Source: Lachnospiraceae bacterium (GTDB taxonomy: Bacteria > Bacillota > Clostridia > Lachnospirales > Lachnospiraceae). Taken from it: 59,817 nt of DNA. The notes beneath the pieces were generated by a model. That model was not told the origin of the DNA, did not search any database, and saw nothing but the letters and a program-made list of their open reading frames with translations. A program made the position numbers and the translations under genes. How positions within the stretch are numbered: position 1 is the stretch's first letter; the number at the start of each line of letters is the position of its first letter. Location: NCBI GenBank assembly GCA_030536455.1, contig JAUNPZ010000001.1:5811-65627 (forward strand), written 5' to 3'. Positions 31,756 to 42,267 of the stretch are shown piece after piece.

Positions 31756-34413
31756 ATGACCTGGCCTTTTGAAAATGATACCAGTGCCATCGTGAAACAA
31801 CTGGCGAAAAAAAGTATAAAAGCAAATCGGCGTACCTCTGCCTCGATTATGACGGCCATTTTGATTGCCTCTGCCTTCTTATGTGCACTGCTTACCTTTG
31901 TGCAAAGCTATTGGGTTCAGGCGGTCCAACAGGAAATATATACCTCCGGCGATTGGGACGCCCAGCTTTTAGAAGTCCACGCAGGACAACTGAATCCGAT
32001 CGCATCCGGCAATAATGTAAAAACAATTATGGTAAAGGGAGATAACCAGACCGTTTTATTGCCAGATGATGCGGAGCTTTCCTATTTACTGGTTCAAAAC
32101 TGTGATGCAGAGTATTGGAACCATATGCGTGAAAAAAATCTGATTTTAGAAGGACGTGTCCCGCAGGCTCCCGGAGAAATTGCAGTAGGCCAGCGCTTCT
32201 TTGAACAAAATCCTTCCTGTCAGATTGGAGACACACTGAATCTGCCGGTTGGGAACAGACAAACCGGCAATTCTGCTCTTAAATTTTTGTCTCCGGTACA
32301 ACAGGGAGAATCTTTTATTCAAACAGGAACCGAAGAATTTACGATTGTAGGTAAAATTGATATGTCGATTTCTACGGCATACAATGGTTATCCGGCTTAT
32401 GGCTGTCTTAATCCGGCGAATCTGCCGGCGGATACCGATGTAGTCGTATATCTTCAAATGGTGCACCCGTCAAAAGTTTTTGATACGATACCGCAGCTTG
32501 CACAAACCATAGGATTACAGATGGACGAATATGGGGACTACCCATACCGTTATCATACTGCATTACTTGGATTGTACGGAATTTATGCTCCCGGAAAATT
32601 TGCAGACAGCGATTTGCCAAAACTGTTTCTCGCTCTGATTCTGATTGCCGCAGCATCAATTGCTGTATTTGCTCACATTATCCGGGGAGCATTTTCAATT
32701 TCGGCAAAACAGAAAGTCAGGGAACTTGGTATTTTGAAATCCATCGGAGCAACACCGAAACAAATCCGGCTGCTGATTCTCTGCGAGGCCCGCCGACTGG
32801 CTGTACTTCCCATTTTTCTTTCAGTTGGATTGGGATATCTGTTTTCCTATGGCGTTTTGAACGCTTATTCTGAACGAACAAGTGAAATCACAGGAAGCAG
32901 CATCACAGTTTCCTTTTCCCTGTGGAGCGCCGCTTTCGCAATGGTGCTGTCTTTCCTGACCGTACTGCTGGCCGCATCCGGACCGGCAAAGCAGATGGCA
33001 AAACTGCGCCCCATCGAAGCCATACGAGAAGATTGGAGCATTGACCCGTTAAGAAAATCAAAGAAATGCTTTTTTTCTCAAAAATGTTTTGGATTTTTGG
33101 GAAAACTTTCAGCCAATTCCATTTCAGCCAATCAAAAACTGTTCCGCACCTGTACCTCAACACTTTGCCTGTGTATGCTGTTGATATTCAGCTTTTGGGC
33201 CGCTTTTTCCGTTTCGGATATTAACAATGCGAAGGCAGAACAGGACTATCACTATAATGTAAATATCACTCTGGAAACCGGCCAGCCGATTAACCCATTT
33301 CTTATGAAAAAGCTGAAAACACTTCCTGGCGTCAAAGAACAGGCCGCATACACTATGGCAAATTGTGCCATCTGGATATCTGATTGCGGCTTGTCTGCAG
33401 ATTTTCTTGCCGCAGGTGGTTTTGAAACAAAAAAGGCCGGGGAATACGTCCTGCGGCGTGATGGAACATATCGGATTCCATGTGTCCTGATTGGCATGGA
33501 GCAGGATGCATACCTTGCTTATCTTACAGAATCCGGCATGGAGGTTACTGGCGGAGGAGATGCCATCGTTGTAAATTCAGTTGTGAAAAATCCGGATGCA
33601 AGAGGATACGAAGCAAAGAAAGCGCAGACCACTTACCTGAATGTCAGTCCGGGGCAAACCCTTCCCATTACAGAACGATTTTTGGATTCCGTTCAGGGAA
33701 ACTACACCTTTGATTTGAAAGTGTCTCATGTATCTCCTGTCATGCCGGACATTGGGCGCAACATCTCCTTCTACACGCTGCCTGTCATTGTGCCAATGGA
33801 AAAATACTACAAGATCATACAGAATTTTCAGGAAGAACGAGCCGTTTACAATTACAGAACTTATATAAATCTTTTAACGGACGAGGGAATGGATGCACAG
33901 GTTCAGCACAAAGCCGTGGAACTCTGCGAGGCCTATTTAAAAAGCAGTGATTTTTATACTTCCAGCAAAACAGAACGTGCCATTTTCCGTAAACAATTAA
34001 CCTCCGCAGCTATGCTGATTCTATATAGTCTGACTGCTCTTCTGGGTACTGTCGGGCTTTCATCCGCAGTATCGGCAATTTACAACAGCTTGTACCAACG
34101 GCGAAAAGAATTTGCCATGCTGCGCTCGGTTGGTCTTGGAAAAAGAGGTCTTTACCGCCTGCTCGGCACAGAGGCTTTTTTGCTTGCCGCAAAGCCCATC
34201 ATCATTGGTCTGCCGGTTTTCCTGCTGATCTGCATGGTGCTCCTGTGGATGCAGGATGTAACCTTTTCGGAATTTATTACTGTGTTTCCCATAAGCGGAC
34301 TGGGCATTTATATCGTGCTTGTTTTCATTGCTGTTGGCGGGATTTATGCCGCAGCCTCCGGAAAAATACGAAAGGACAACATCGTTGAAGTACTAAGGGA
34401 TGAAAATGTTTAA
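31756..34413 (+). CDS. FtsX-like ABC transporter permease
   Basis: 885 aa with two FtsX repeats ([23 protein letters not shown]). Confidence 0.92.
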   Translation: MTWPFENDTSAIVKQLAKKSIKANRRTSASIMTAILIASAFLCALLTFVQSYWVQAVQQEIYTSGDWDAQLLEVHAGQLNPIASGNNVKTIMVKGDNQTVLLPDDAELSYLLVQNCDAEYWNHMREKNLILEGRVPQAPGEIAVGQRFFEQNPSCQIGDTLNLPVGNRQTGNSALKFLSPVQQGESFIQTGTEEFTIVGKIDMSISTAYNGYPAYGCLNPANLPADTDVVVYLQMVHPSKVFDTIPQLAQTIGLQMDEYGDYPYRYHTALLGLYGIYAPGKFADSDLPKLFLALILIAAASIAVFAHIIRGAFSISAKQKVRELGILKSIGATPKQIRLLILCEARRLAVLPIFLSVGLGYLFSYGVLNAYSERTSEITGSSITVSFSLWSAAFAMVLSFLTVLLAASGPAKQMAKLRPIEAIREDWSIDPLRKSKKCFFSQKCFGFLGKLSANSISANQKLFRTCTSTLCLCMLLIFSFWAAFSVSDINNAKAEQDYHYNVNITLETGQPINPFLMKKLKTLPGVKEQAAYTMANCAIWISDCGLSADFLAAGGFETKKAGEYVLRRDGTYRIPCVLIGMEQDAYLAYLTESGMEVTGGGDAIVVNSVVKNPDARGYEAKKAQTTYLNVSPGQTLPITERFLDSVQGNYTFDLKVSHVSPVMPDIGRNISFYTLPVIVPMEKYYKIIQNFQEERAVYNYRTYINLLTDEGMDAQVQHKAVELCEAYLKSSDFYTSSKTERAIFRKQLTSAAMLILYSLTALLGTVGLSSAVSAIYNSLYQRRKEFAMLRSVGLGKRGLYRLLGTEAFLLAAKPIIIGLPVFLLICMVLLWMQDVTFSEFITVFPISGLGIYIVLVFIAVGGIYAAASGKIRKDNIVEVLRDENV

Positions 34414-34482
34414 TTCCTTCCATGTATATAGACAGAACAGTGGCGAAACGCCCTCGCAGCGCTTCGCCAAATTTTCGGTAAA

Positions 34483-35301
34483 TTACCGTTTTTTTCTAGT
34501 CACCGGAATCCAGATTTCACTGTACGCAGAATCCGTTTTTTCAGAATCCATCTTTGTAAAAGAAAAGGATAGTGATTCCGTATTTTGCAGGGTAAATGGA
34601 AACGGTCCTTCATTCGGAAATACGTCCCAGGTTCCGGCTTTCATCGGCAGCTTTTCCAGGCCTTCCCCTACCTCCTCTTCCGTAGTCAGAACGCCAATCA
34701 TATGGGTCAGATAACCTTCCTCCCTCAAAAAATCGGTATCCGAATGATGGGACACATTGACGATTTCGGACGGCTCCATGTTCTGAATCCGGTGTAATTC
34801 CGTTCTCTGCTCCGGCGTAATACTCTGCGCCAGCTTCACAATTTCCTGATTCACTCCCTCATACTGCATCGGTACCCGTTTGCTTACGCCGACAAAATAA
34901 AACGCCGGCTTCTCAACAATCCTGCACTCCATGCTGCTTCCTCCTTTCATCGTTACGGCAAAGTGAAGCTTTGAAAACACTTTGCATTCTCCCTGTTTCC
35001 TTACCTCCGAAGGCAGGAAACCACACCAGTTTTTGAATGCCCGTGTAAATCCATCTATGGACTGATAATTATATTTGAGCGCCACATCCGTTACTTTTCC
35101 TCCGTTCATCAGGTCATAATTTGCCTCTGACAATCTGCGGTTCCTGACATATTCTTTTAATGTCATGCCGGTCAGGAAGAAAAAGAGATTCTTAAAATGC
35201 AGCTCCGATACGCAACTCTGCCGCATGGACTGTTCAATGACCTCTTCCTCCAGCAAATGCGCCTCGATATAGTCCATTGTCTCATTCAATTGCTTTAACA
35301 T
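34483..35301 (-). CDS. AraC family regulator with GyrI-like effector domain, apparent internal deletion
   Basis: YVRNRRLSEA, VTDVALKYNYQSIDGFTRAFK, YSEIWIPV. Confidence 0.88.
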   Translation of the reverse strand: MLKQLNETMDYIEAHLLEEEVIEQSMRQSCVSELHFKNLFFFLTGMTLKEYVRNRRLSEANYDLMNGGKVTDVALKYNYQSIDGFTRAFKNWCGFLPSEVRKQGECKVFSKLHFAVTMKGGSSMECRIVEKPAFYFVGVSKRVPMQYEGVNQEIVKLAQSITPEQRTELHRIQNMEPSEIVNVSHHSDTDFLREEGYLTHMIGVLTTEEEVGEGLEKLPMKAGTWDVFPNEGPFPFTLQNTESLSFSFTKMDSEKTDSAYSEIWIPVTRKKR

Positions 35302-35483
35302 TCCTTCACCTCTTCGATACAAGGATAGCATTTTTCTTCGCTGATTGCTCGACTTCGTGATGCAGAATAAGTCGGATTGCAGCGGATGCAGATTATACGC
35401 CTCCGAAAGATTCAAAATATCATTACAAGAGCTTGGTGAATAAACAGGCAGTTTAGGAAAAGAGTAAAAACCAGATGTATTGA

Positions 35484-36842
35484 TTATTCGTTATTTATTT
35501 TCCAGTAACCTTTTCTGTCTGAACCGATGCGCTCAAGCATACCTTTTCCTTTCATTTCTTTCAGCTTCTGCGATACAGTTTTTCTACTGATAGATAATTT
35601 TTCAGCCATCACAGTTGAAGTATATGCCGGGTCTTGAGACAGCAGCGTAAGAATTTGAATGGATTTTTCATCCAAATTATCTGTCACCTTATCTGCCACC
35701 CTATCTGTCACCTTGCGGGTGACAGAACGAATCACTCTGTCCTCCGGTGCGGTAAATTCTATCATAATATCACCGGGATTAATCATGTAAATAGGCTGCG
35801 GAACACCATCCTTCTGACAAGCAGAACAGATTTTCTCGATTCCTCGCCCCCAACTCTCGATAAACCCTGCCAGATAGAAAACATGGGCTATATTGGGGTT
35901 GTAAGGACTGGAAGCATGTTTACGCATCAGATTCTCCAATGTCCAGTTTTCCGGCAGGCATCCGCAGTTAGCAATATACAGCTTATCCTCATATACGCTT
36001 ATCTGAATAGGAACGCCGGATTGATACTGTTTATGACACAGTGCGTTCAGCAGAGCTTCACGCAGGGCATCCTCCGGAATGAAATAACGCTCAATACGCT
36101 GCATACTTTCGTAGGAGATTTTGGCTTTCATATATTTCAGATATACAAGCTCTACGATTTTGTCAATCTGCTCCAAAATTGAACCGTGTACCTCGTCTTG
36201 ATATAGTAAATCTGCATCGTTTTCAAAGAATCCGATTTTTACATAAGCACCGAGCTGCCATTTCTCCGGGTCTTTGGAGAACAGCAGCATAGCGGCATTG
36301 GTTAAGTATAAGCCGTTCATCAGATGCAGCTTTTCCATCAGCACATCCTTCGGTTCATCCAAAACGCTTTTGTCAATGCGTCCTTTTTTCGCCGCCCACT
36401 TCTTGAAGCGTTCCACAATTCCATCGTCAACATTATCTAATGAAAATGCAGGCAAAGGAAGATTATCCCAGGTTGCACCACGCTTGCGCATCAGAAAGGC
36501 TTCCAAAGCAGGTCCCGTCAATATCTGACGGGTGCTTCCACTACGAAAATAGTAAACGCCCTTGCAGGAAATACCGATGGGATAGGCCGGAACATCAATC
36601 TCGATATATTCTTTACCATCTTTCTCATAAAGATTGACACCGACAATAATGCCCATTGCATCTCTGATTTTATTGGGTATATCTTCAAGGAGTTTATGTG
36701 CATTGGGCAGGCCGATTACGTTCCCGTTATCATCACAACCAATATAGATTTTACCACCCTGCGCATTGGCATATCCGCAAATCCATTCCAGATATTCGTC
36801 TTTCCACTTGCTTTTCCATTCAACATTTTGACTTTCAGGCAT
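35484..36842 (-). CDS. AlbA_2/Schlafen-domain + HATPase-like + wHTH protein
   Basis: ESQNVEWKS, CGYANAQGGKIYIGCDDNG, REALLNALCHK, IESWGRG, RIGSDRKGYW. Confidence 0.88.
   Translation of the reverse strand: MPESQNVEWKSKWKDEYLEWICGYANAQGGKIYIGCDDNGNVIGLPNAHKLLEDIPNKIRDAMGIIVGVNLYEKDGKEYIEIDVPAYPIGISCKGVYYFRSGSTRQILTGPALEAFLMRKRGATWDNLPLPAFSLDNVDDGIVERFKKWAAKKGRIDKSVLDEPKDVLMEKLHLMNGLYLTNAAMLLFSKDPEKWQLGAYVKIGFFENDADLLYQDEVHGSILEQIDKIVELVYLKYMKAKISYESMQRIERYFIPEDALREALLNALCHKQYQSGVPIQISVYEDKLYIANCGCLPENWTLENLMRKHASSPYNPNIAHVFYLAGFIESWGRGIEKICSACQKDGVPQPIYMINPGDIMIEFTAPEDRVIRSVTRKVTDRVADKVTDNLDEKSIQILTLLSQDPAYTSTVMAEKLSISRKTVSQKLKEMKGKGMLERIGSDRKGYWKINNE
35677..35712. repeat. 3 x 12-bp in-frame repeat (VTDK-like) in the AlbA protein linker
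   Basis: ttatctgtcacc/ttatctgccacc/ctatctgtcacc. Confidence 0.8.
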
Positions 36843-37278
36843 TGGTGTCACCATCCTTATGTTTATTTTTGCCCCTGCTCGCCATTTTTTACAGAAGATC
36901 ATTTAATAGATTCATGCACTTAACCTTTTGGTTTTGGGCGGCCCTATGTGCAGATAGGACGCTCCCTTCTTTTTGTCGTAGATGCGCTGGACAGTCTTGT
37001 TGATCCCCAGCTCTTTGGGGTACTCTATCAAGTCCCAGTTGAGCAACGGTATCCCTGTTTATTTAATTGCTCTATAAATTGCTATTTCCGCTGTATCCCG
37101 GTGCGCTGCATATCGCAATTCCTATATCCATAAGGGCTTTTCCCAAATTAGTCTTACCGATTGCATTTCTTCCTTTCCGCCCAGCAGATAAATACGATAT
37201 GCTTGCAGTATAACCAATCCTTTCATCCAACGCAACCTTTCGCCGTAAAAAAATTACGGAATATGAGCTGCACTTTTC

Positions 37279-38109
37279 TCACATCAACTCCTTCATCACC
37301 GCTTCAAACGACATCTTTCCCGACGTGAATTTCTCTAATGCAAGATACCGCTTCTCCGATGCAGTGTATTCTTTCTTATAAAGCGCTTCCACCCGCTCCC
37401 TTTCATCCGGCAGCGGTTCTTCTACATGATGTCCGGTCCGATGGGCTTCATAATACCGCAGTCCGAATCTTCTTTGGGATTCCGCATTCATATGAATCCC
37501 ATCCGGATTCGCATACAAATCCTTCCCCGTTACATAGCAGCAGGCTCCGTTTTCCTCTGCATACCGGTAAAGCTCCTGATTCACCTGCTGATATTCGGTG
37601 CAGTTGGCGCCGAATGCAGTTTTTCCAAGATAATCGCCTAAGCCGCCGATAAGAAATGGGATGTTCTCGGCTTCCAGCTCGTTCCGGAGGGCCTTTACCA
37701 TCTGAGCCAGCTTCTGGTAATATTCCTTATACTTCCCGCTGTGGCTGTCATTTTCTCCCTGATGCCACAGAATTGCAATCAGCTCGCTGTTTTCCATGGC
37801 AAACTTTGCTTCACAAACTGCATGGCGGAATAAAATGCCATCCTGGCTCCACTCATCCAGGGAGCTGCCGCCCTCTGCGCAGGGAATCAGCCCGATTGTC
37901 TCTCCCGGATTCCCATTGCACCACGCTTCCGCAAAGGAAGCGGCCGGGCCAACGCCTGCCACCGCCCGGTCAAAATGAATGGGCTCCGCCATCATCTGCC
38001 AGCGTCCGTTCCGCAGCATAAAAATTCTCTCGTCACAAATTGTCTTTACCTCATGCAGAAAGCCTCGCCCTGCCATATTGGACTGCCCAATTAATAATAC
38101 TGATTTCAT
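37279..38109 (-). CDS. Sialate O-acetylesterase/CE6-like SGNH esterase
   Basis: GQSNMAGRG, WHQGEND, DGIH. Confidence 0.9.
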   Translation of the reverse strand: MKSVLLIGQSNMAGRGFLHEVKTICDERIFMLRNGRWQMMAEPIHFDRAVAGVGPAASFAEAWCNGNPGETIGLIPCAEGGSSLDEWSQDGILFRHAVCEAKFAMENSELIAILWHQGENDSHSGKYKEYYQKLAQMVKALRNELEAENIPFLIGGLGDYLGKTAFGANCTEYQQVNQELYRYAEENGACCYVTGKDLYANPDGIHMNAESQRRFGLRYYEAHRTGHHVEEPLPDERERVEALYKKEYTASEKRYLALEKFTSGKMSFEAVMKELM

Positions 38110-38121
38110 ATCGAATCTCCT

Positions 38122-39324
38122 CTAAAATACATATTTTGCAAGCCTCTCCATCGCCTCCATTACCAGGCTGTGAGGCACCGCCAGATTCACCCGGATTGCA
38201 TACGGTCTGTGGAACGGCCGTCCGTCCTGCCATGCCACGCCTACATCCCATCCGGCCTTTAAAAGTTCATCCATGTTTTTTCCCTTCTCCCTGCACCACT
38301 CCTCACAGTCCAGGTAAAGCATGTAGGTCCCCTGGGGCTTTGCCAGCTTCACGCCTGGGAAATGCTTTCTTATGTAATCGTATGCGTAATCTACATTTTC
38401 ACTTAACACCTGGCGCAGCTCATCCAGCCACTCATAGCCCTCCGGCTTGTATGCGCCAATCAGCGCATGCATGGAAAGCACGTTCTGGGAATTGTAATGG
38501 CTTAAGGAGGACTGCTTTCTCACCCGGTCCCGGAGATAGGAATTGTAAATGATATGGTAGGAGCCCACCAGTCCGGCCAGATTAAAGGTTTTGGACGGCG
38601 CATACACGGCAATGGTCCGGTTTCTGGCATCCTCCGATACCGACTGGGTCGGCGTATGGGAATAACCATTTAACACCAGGTCCGACCAGATTTCATCCGA
38701 AACCACCACGCAGTCATTGGCCCGGTAAACCTCCATGGCCTTCTCAATCTCCCATTTTTCCCAGACACGGCCGGAAGGATTGTGCGGGGAGCAGAAGACC
38801 GCCAGATGGATGGAATATTCCTTCAGTTTCCGGTCCATATCCTCGTAATCCATCCGCCAGATGCCCGCCTCATCCTGTACCAGGTCGCTTAATACCAGGT
38901 GATAGCCGTTATTTTCCAGGGACTTGGTAAAACCGATGTAGGTCGGGGAATGAAGGAGGATATGGTCGCCGGCCGAGCAGAATGCATTCGCCGCCGATAC
39001 CACACAGCCCAGCACACCGTTCTCATATCCGATGGCCTCTTTCGTCAGCCTGGTCACATGATTTCGGTTTTCCTGCCAACGGATGATCGAATCAAAATAT
39101 TCTTCCGTCGGTGAAAAATACCCGAATGCCGGATGCTTGGCACGCTCTGTCACCGCGTCAATAATGGTGGGAACGGTGGCAAAGTTCATATCCGCCACCC
39201 ACATGGGAATCAGGCTAAAGCCCTCCTTGGGCGCTCCCGGCGCCATCCCGCCCTTCCCCGGCATATCGACTGCTATTGAATCCATCCCGTGACGTTCCAT
39301 AATTGTTGTAAAATCGTATTTCAT
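38122..39324 (-). CDS. patB: PLP-dependent C-S lyase/aminotransferase, MalY/PatB family
   Basis: PMWVADMNF, CSPHNPSGRVW, SDEIWSDL, APSKTFNLAGL. Confidence 0.88.
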   Translation of the reverse strand: MKYDFTTIMERHGMDSIAVDMPGKGGMAPGAPKEGFSLIPMWVADMNFATVPTIIDAVTERAKHPAFGYFSPTEEYFDSIIRWQENRNHVTRLTKEAIGYENGVLGCVVSAANAFCSAGDHILLHSPTYIGFTKSLENNGYHLVLSDLVQDEAGIWRMDYEDMDRKLKEYSIHLAVFCSPHNPSGRVWEKWEIEKAMEVYRANDCVVVSDEIWSDLVLNGYSHTPTQSVSEDARNRTIAVYAPSKTFNLAGLVGSYHIIYNSYLRDRVRKQSSLSHYNSQNVLSMHALIGAYKPEGYEWLDELRQVLSENVDYAYDYIRKHFPGVKLAKPQGTYMLYLDCEEWCREKGKNMDELLKAGWDVGVAWQDGRPFHRPYAIRVNLAVPHSLVMEAMERLAKYVF

Positions 39325-39518
39325 TAGTATCTCCTTTCGCTGTCTGCCTGCGTATCCGCTTCCGGCTTTCTCCTATTATTCTACAAATTTTATTATTTTT
39401 ATCTTTCTTTTCTGATTTTAACATAAATTTAATCATGATTCTACCAGTAATACTCTGGTTTCTTTTCGCGCATTTTGCTATACTACTTAACATACTTTTC
39501 AGAAAGGATCCTTGTCTT

Positions 39519-40079
39519 ATGAAACGCACCGACCGCATTTTGGATTTTACCGCGTATCTGCTCATCCCCTGCTACACCATCCTGTTTGTGAAGGGAAGCA
39601 ACTGGTTCACCACGAATTTTTCCGTTCTGGGTAATGTCATCGACCGGAAAAACCAGTTCGTCCTCTGGGGTCTGATTGTCGGCATTTACTTTTATGTGAT
39701 TTTAAATTTCATCTCCAAAAAGCTGCAGCCTGCCCCCAAATGTACCTTTCTGATTCCCCTGGCCCTGATTCTGCTGGTGTTTGCCATCACCACGCCCTAT
39801 CTTCCCCAGGAGCTGCCTTTAAAATCCTTCCTGCATATCGTGTTCGCCTTTCTGGCGGCCGTATGCCTGGCGCTGTTTCTCCTTCTGCTGGTCGTGCGGC
39901 TGTACCGGGAGAACCGGAAGGAATACCGCCCTTACCTGGCGGGGCTTCTTGGAATCCTGCTGTTTTCCGCCTTTCTTCTCGTGCTGGCCGGAATCATCAG
40001 CAGCGCGCTGGAAATCTTTTTTACGCTGGGAATCACCTGGTTCTGCAGGAGGCTGTCGGCGAAGATTTCACGGGGATAG
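39519..40079 (+). CDS. Multi-pass membrane protein of unknown function
   Basis: About 6 hydrophobic segments; GAAAGGA RBS. Confidence 0.8.
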   Translation: MKRTDRILDFTAYLLIPCYTILFVKGSNWFTTNFSVLGNVIDRKNQFVLWGLIVGIYFYVILNFISKKLQPAPKCTFLIPLALILLVFAITTPYLPQELPLKSFLHIVFAFLAAVCLALFLLLLVVRLYRENRKEYRPYLAGLLGILLFSAFLLVLAGIISSALEIFFTLGITWFCRRLSAKISRG

Positions 40080-40135
40080 TCACAATCCCCCACTCCCCAC
40101 ATATGATAGAGTAAAAAATCCTCTGAGGTTTTTCA

Positions 40136-41104
40136 ATGGCTGAAAACGACTCCAACCAGACCCCGTCTGTCTCCGCAGATAACGCGGATAACCGGACAAA
40201 TGAAAACAGCGGGCTGACCACCCCCATCGCACCCGAAGGAGGCATCCCCGCATTTCCAGGTAATATGACTTCTGTTCCCACAACTCCGCCGGTTCTGCCG
40301 GACCCGAATCCGCCAACCCCGTCCCTACCCTCCACTCCCTCCTTCCCATCGGTTCCCATGTTTCCTTCCCGGCCGGTCTTCCCCTCCATTCCGGTGATTC
40401 CTTCCGTACCGATGATTCCTTCGAATCCGTCCCTTCCGATTGCGCCCGATATCGCCTACAGCCAGGTTCGTTTTATCAATGCCTCCACCAATACATTCCC
40501 GGTGAATTTCAGCATCGACGGCATCCGCTATGCTTCCAATTCCCAGTTCGGCAATGTTTCCGGCTATCAGCGGATTTCGGACGGCTTCCACACCGTCTCC
40601 GTCAACCGCACCGCCGGGATGCAGGCTCTGCTTCTTCAGCAGTCCTTCCCCTTCACTGCCGGGCAGAACTACACGATGGTTCTGGTGGATGCCAGAGAGG
40701 GCGGTCTGGAGATGGTTCAGGTAACGGACACCGGCTGCAATAACCTGCCCTCCGGCTACGGCTGCTACCGGGTTGCCAATATGAGCTACAGCGGCTCAAA
40801 TTTCGATATCCGGATGTTTAACGGCGACACCATATTCCGCCATGTGAATTTCACGCAGGTAACCTCTTATAAGCGGGCCATGGCCGGAAATTATACCTTC
40901 TACGCAGCAGCCGCCAACTTCTACAGCATGATTCGGGAGCTTCCCGTCATCATCATCGGAGCCGTTGCCGGCGGAGATACCGTATCCGCGCCTCTGGCCT
41001 CCGCCAACGTAACCATCCGTCCCGGCACCAGAACCACCTCCTATATCATCGGAAATATCTGGTCCGCCTTCAGCCTGCGGATGATTACCGTAAATGACGA
41101 TTGA
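40136..41104 (+). CDS. DUF4397-like protein with Pro-rich N-terminus
   Basis: PSxP repeats, then SQVRFINAS beta-sandwich-like repeats. Confidence 0.75.
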   Translation: MAENDSNQTPSVSADNADNRTNENSGLTTPIAPEGGIPAFPGNMTSVPTTPPVLPDPNPPTPSLPSTPSFPSVPMFPSRPVFPSIPVIPSVPMIPSNPSLPIAPDIAYSQVRFINASTNTFPVNFSIDGIRYASNSQFGNVSGYQRISDGFHTVSVNRTAGMQALLLQQSFPFTAGQNYTMVLVDAREGGLEMVQVTDTGCNNLPSGYGCYRVANMSYSGSNFDIRMFNGDTIFRHVNFTQVTSYKRAMAGNYTFYAAAANFYSMIRELPVIIIGAVAGGDTVSAPLASANVTIRPGTRTTSYIIGNIWSAFSLRMITVNDD

Positions 41105-41115
41105 CCAGCCATTTC

Positions 41116-42108
41116 CTACAGCACCCCTTCAAAGCTTTCCTGAAGCGTCCGGCAGGAGGATGAAAACATTTCCAGTTCCTCCTCGGTCAGGTTCAGCTCC
41201 AATACCCGACGGACTCCATTTCCGTTAATCACGCAGGGCACTCCGGCGAATACCTCCCGCTGGCCGTATTCGCCGCGAAGCATCGCCGATACGGTCAGCA
41301 CACTGTTCTCATCTCCCAGAACCGCTCTGGTGATGCGGGTCAGCGCCATGCCGATTCCGTAGTAGGTGGCCTGCTTGGCATCGATGATCTGATAGGCGGC
41401 CCCCTTCACCTGCTCCGCAATCTCCTGCAGCGTTTCCCGGCAGATGCCAGAAACCGTGCCGCCGCCAACACCTTCTCCGGAAATCCGGTTTTCCGATTCC
41501 CTCTCCCCGCATATTTTTAAAATCGGCTGGGTTGCCACCATGGCCTGGCTCCATGGAACAAATTCACTGTCCCCATGCTCTCCCATCACATAGGCATGGA
41601 CATTTTTCGGATCCACCCGCAGATACTGGCCCAGAAGATACCGAAGCCTTGCCGTGTCCAGCGCCGTCCCGCTGCCCAGCACCCGTCTCGGATTAAAGCC
41701 GGACAGCGCGCAGGTAATCCGGGTCATCACATCCACCGGATTGGTCGCCACCAGAAAGATACCGTTAAATCCGCTGCTGGTCACCGGCTCTATGATGGAC
41801 CGGAATACCGCTGCATTCCGCTTCAATAAATCCAGCCTGGTTTCCCCCGGCTTCTGGGCCACCCCCGCGCAGATGACCACCAGGTCCGCATCCCGGCAGT
41901 CCCGGTATTCACCGGCATAAATCTCCATATTTAAGCCAGCAAAGGCGAGGCCATGGTTTAAATCCATAGCCTCGCCCATCGCTTTCTTTTCATTTACATC
42001 AATCAAAACCAGTTCATCACAGGCATTCTGGTTTAACAGGCTGTATGCATAGCTCATTCCCACCATGCCGCACCCCACCAGCGCCACTTTCCTTTTATCA
42101 ATTCTCAT
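41116..42108 (-). CDS. ldh: L-lactate dehydrogenase
   Basis: VGCGMVG, AGVAQKPGETRLDL, NPVD, LDTARLR, GEHGDSE. Confidence 0.95.
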   Translation of the reverse strand: MRIDKRKVALVGCGMVGMSYAYSLLNQNACDELVLIDVNEKKAMGEAMDLNHGLAFAGLNMEIYAGEYRDCRDADLVVICAGVAQKPGETRLDLLKRNAAVFRSIIEPVTSSGFNGIFLVATNPVDVMTRITCALSGFNPRRVLGSGTALDTARLRYLLGQYLRVDPKNVHAYVMGEHGDSEFVPWSQAMVATQPILKICGERESENRISGEGVGGGTVSGICRETLQEIAEQVKGAAYQIIDAKQATYYGIGMALTRITRAVLGDENSVLTVSAMLRGEYGQREVFAGVPCVINGNGVRRVLELNLTEEELEMFSSSCRTLQESFEGVL

Positions 42109-42267
42109 CGTGAACTCCCTTCCCGAACCCTGCCCCATTCCGGCAGGCCCCGCCCATTGGCTTCGGTTCTTATTTGCTGCGATACCCATAGTATGCAGAA
42201 GTTCCGATGAAAATATGTAAATCCGGTGCTTTTCCTATATTTTACCCGTGAGCGGAAATCCCCGGAG

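Noticed and set aside
35484-36842. RecG helicase
   Set aside because: No SF2 helicase motifs; only the domain often mislabelled RecG C-terminal
36905-37170. Possible decayed minus-strand gene (RBS plus ATG near 37166, short broken frames)
   Set aside because: Early stop and no family I can recognise; needs TBLASTN
38122-39324. PLP enzyme as the missing CobD threonine-phosphate decarboxylase
   Set aside because: WVADM and SKTFNLAGL motifs fit MalY/PatB, and it is unlinked to the cob operon
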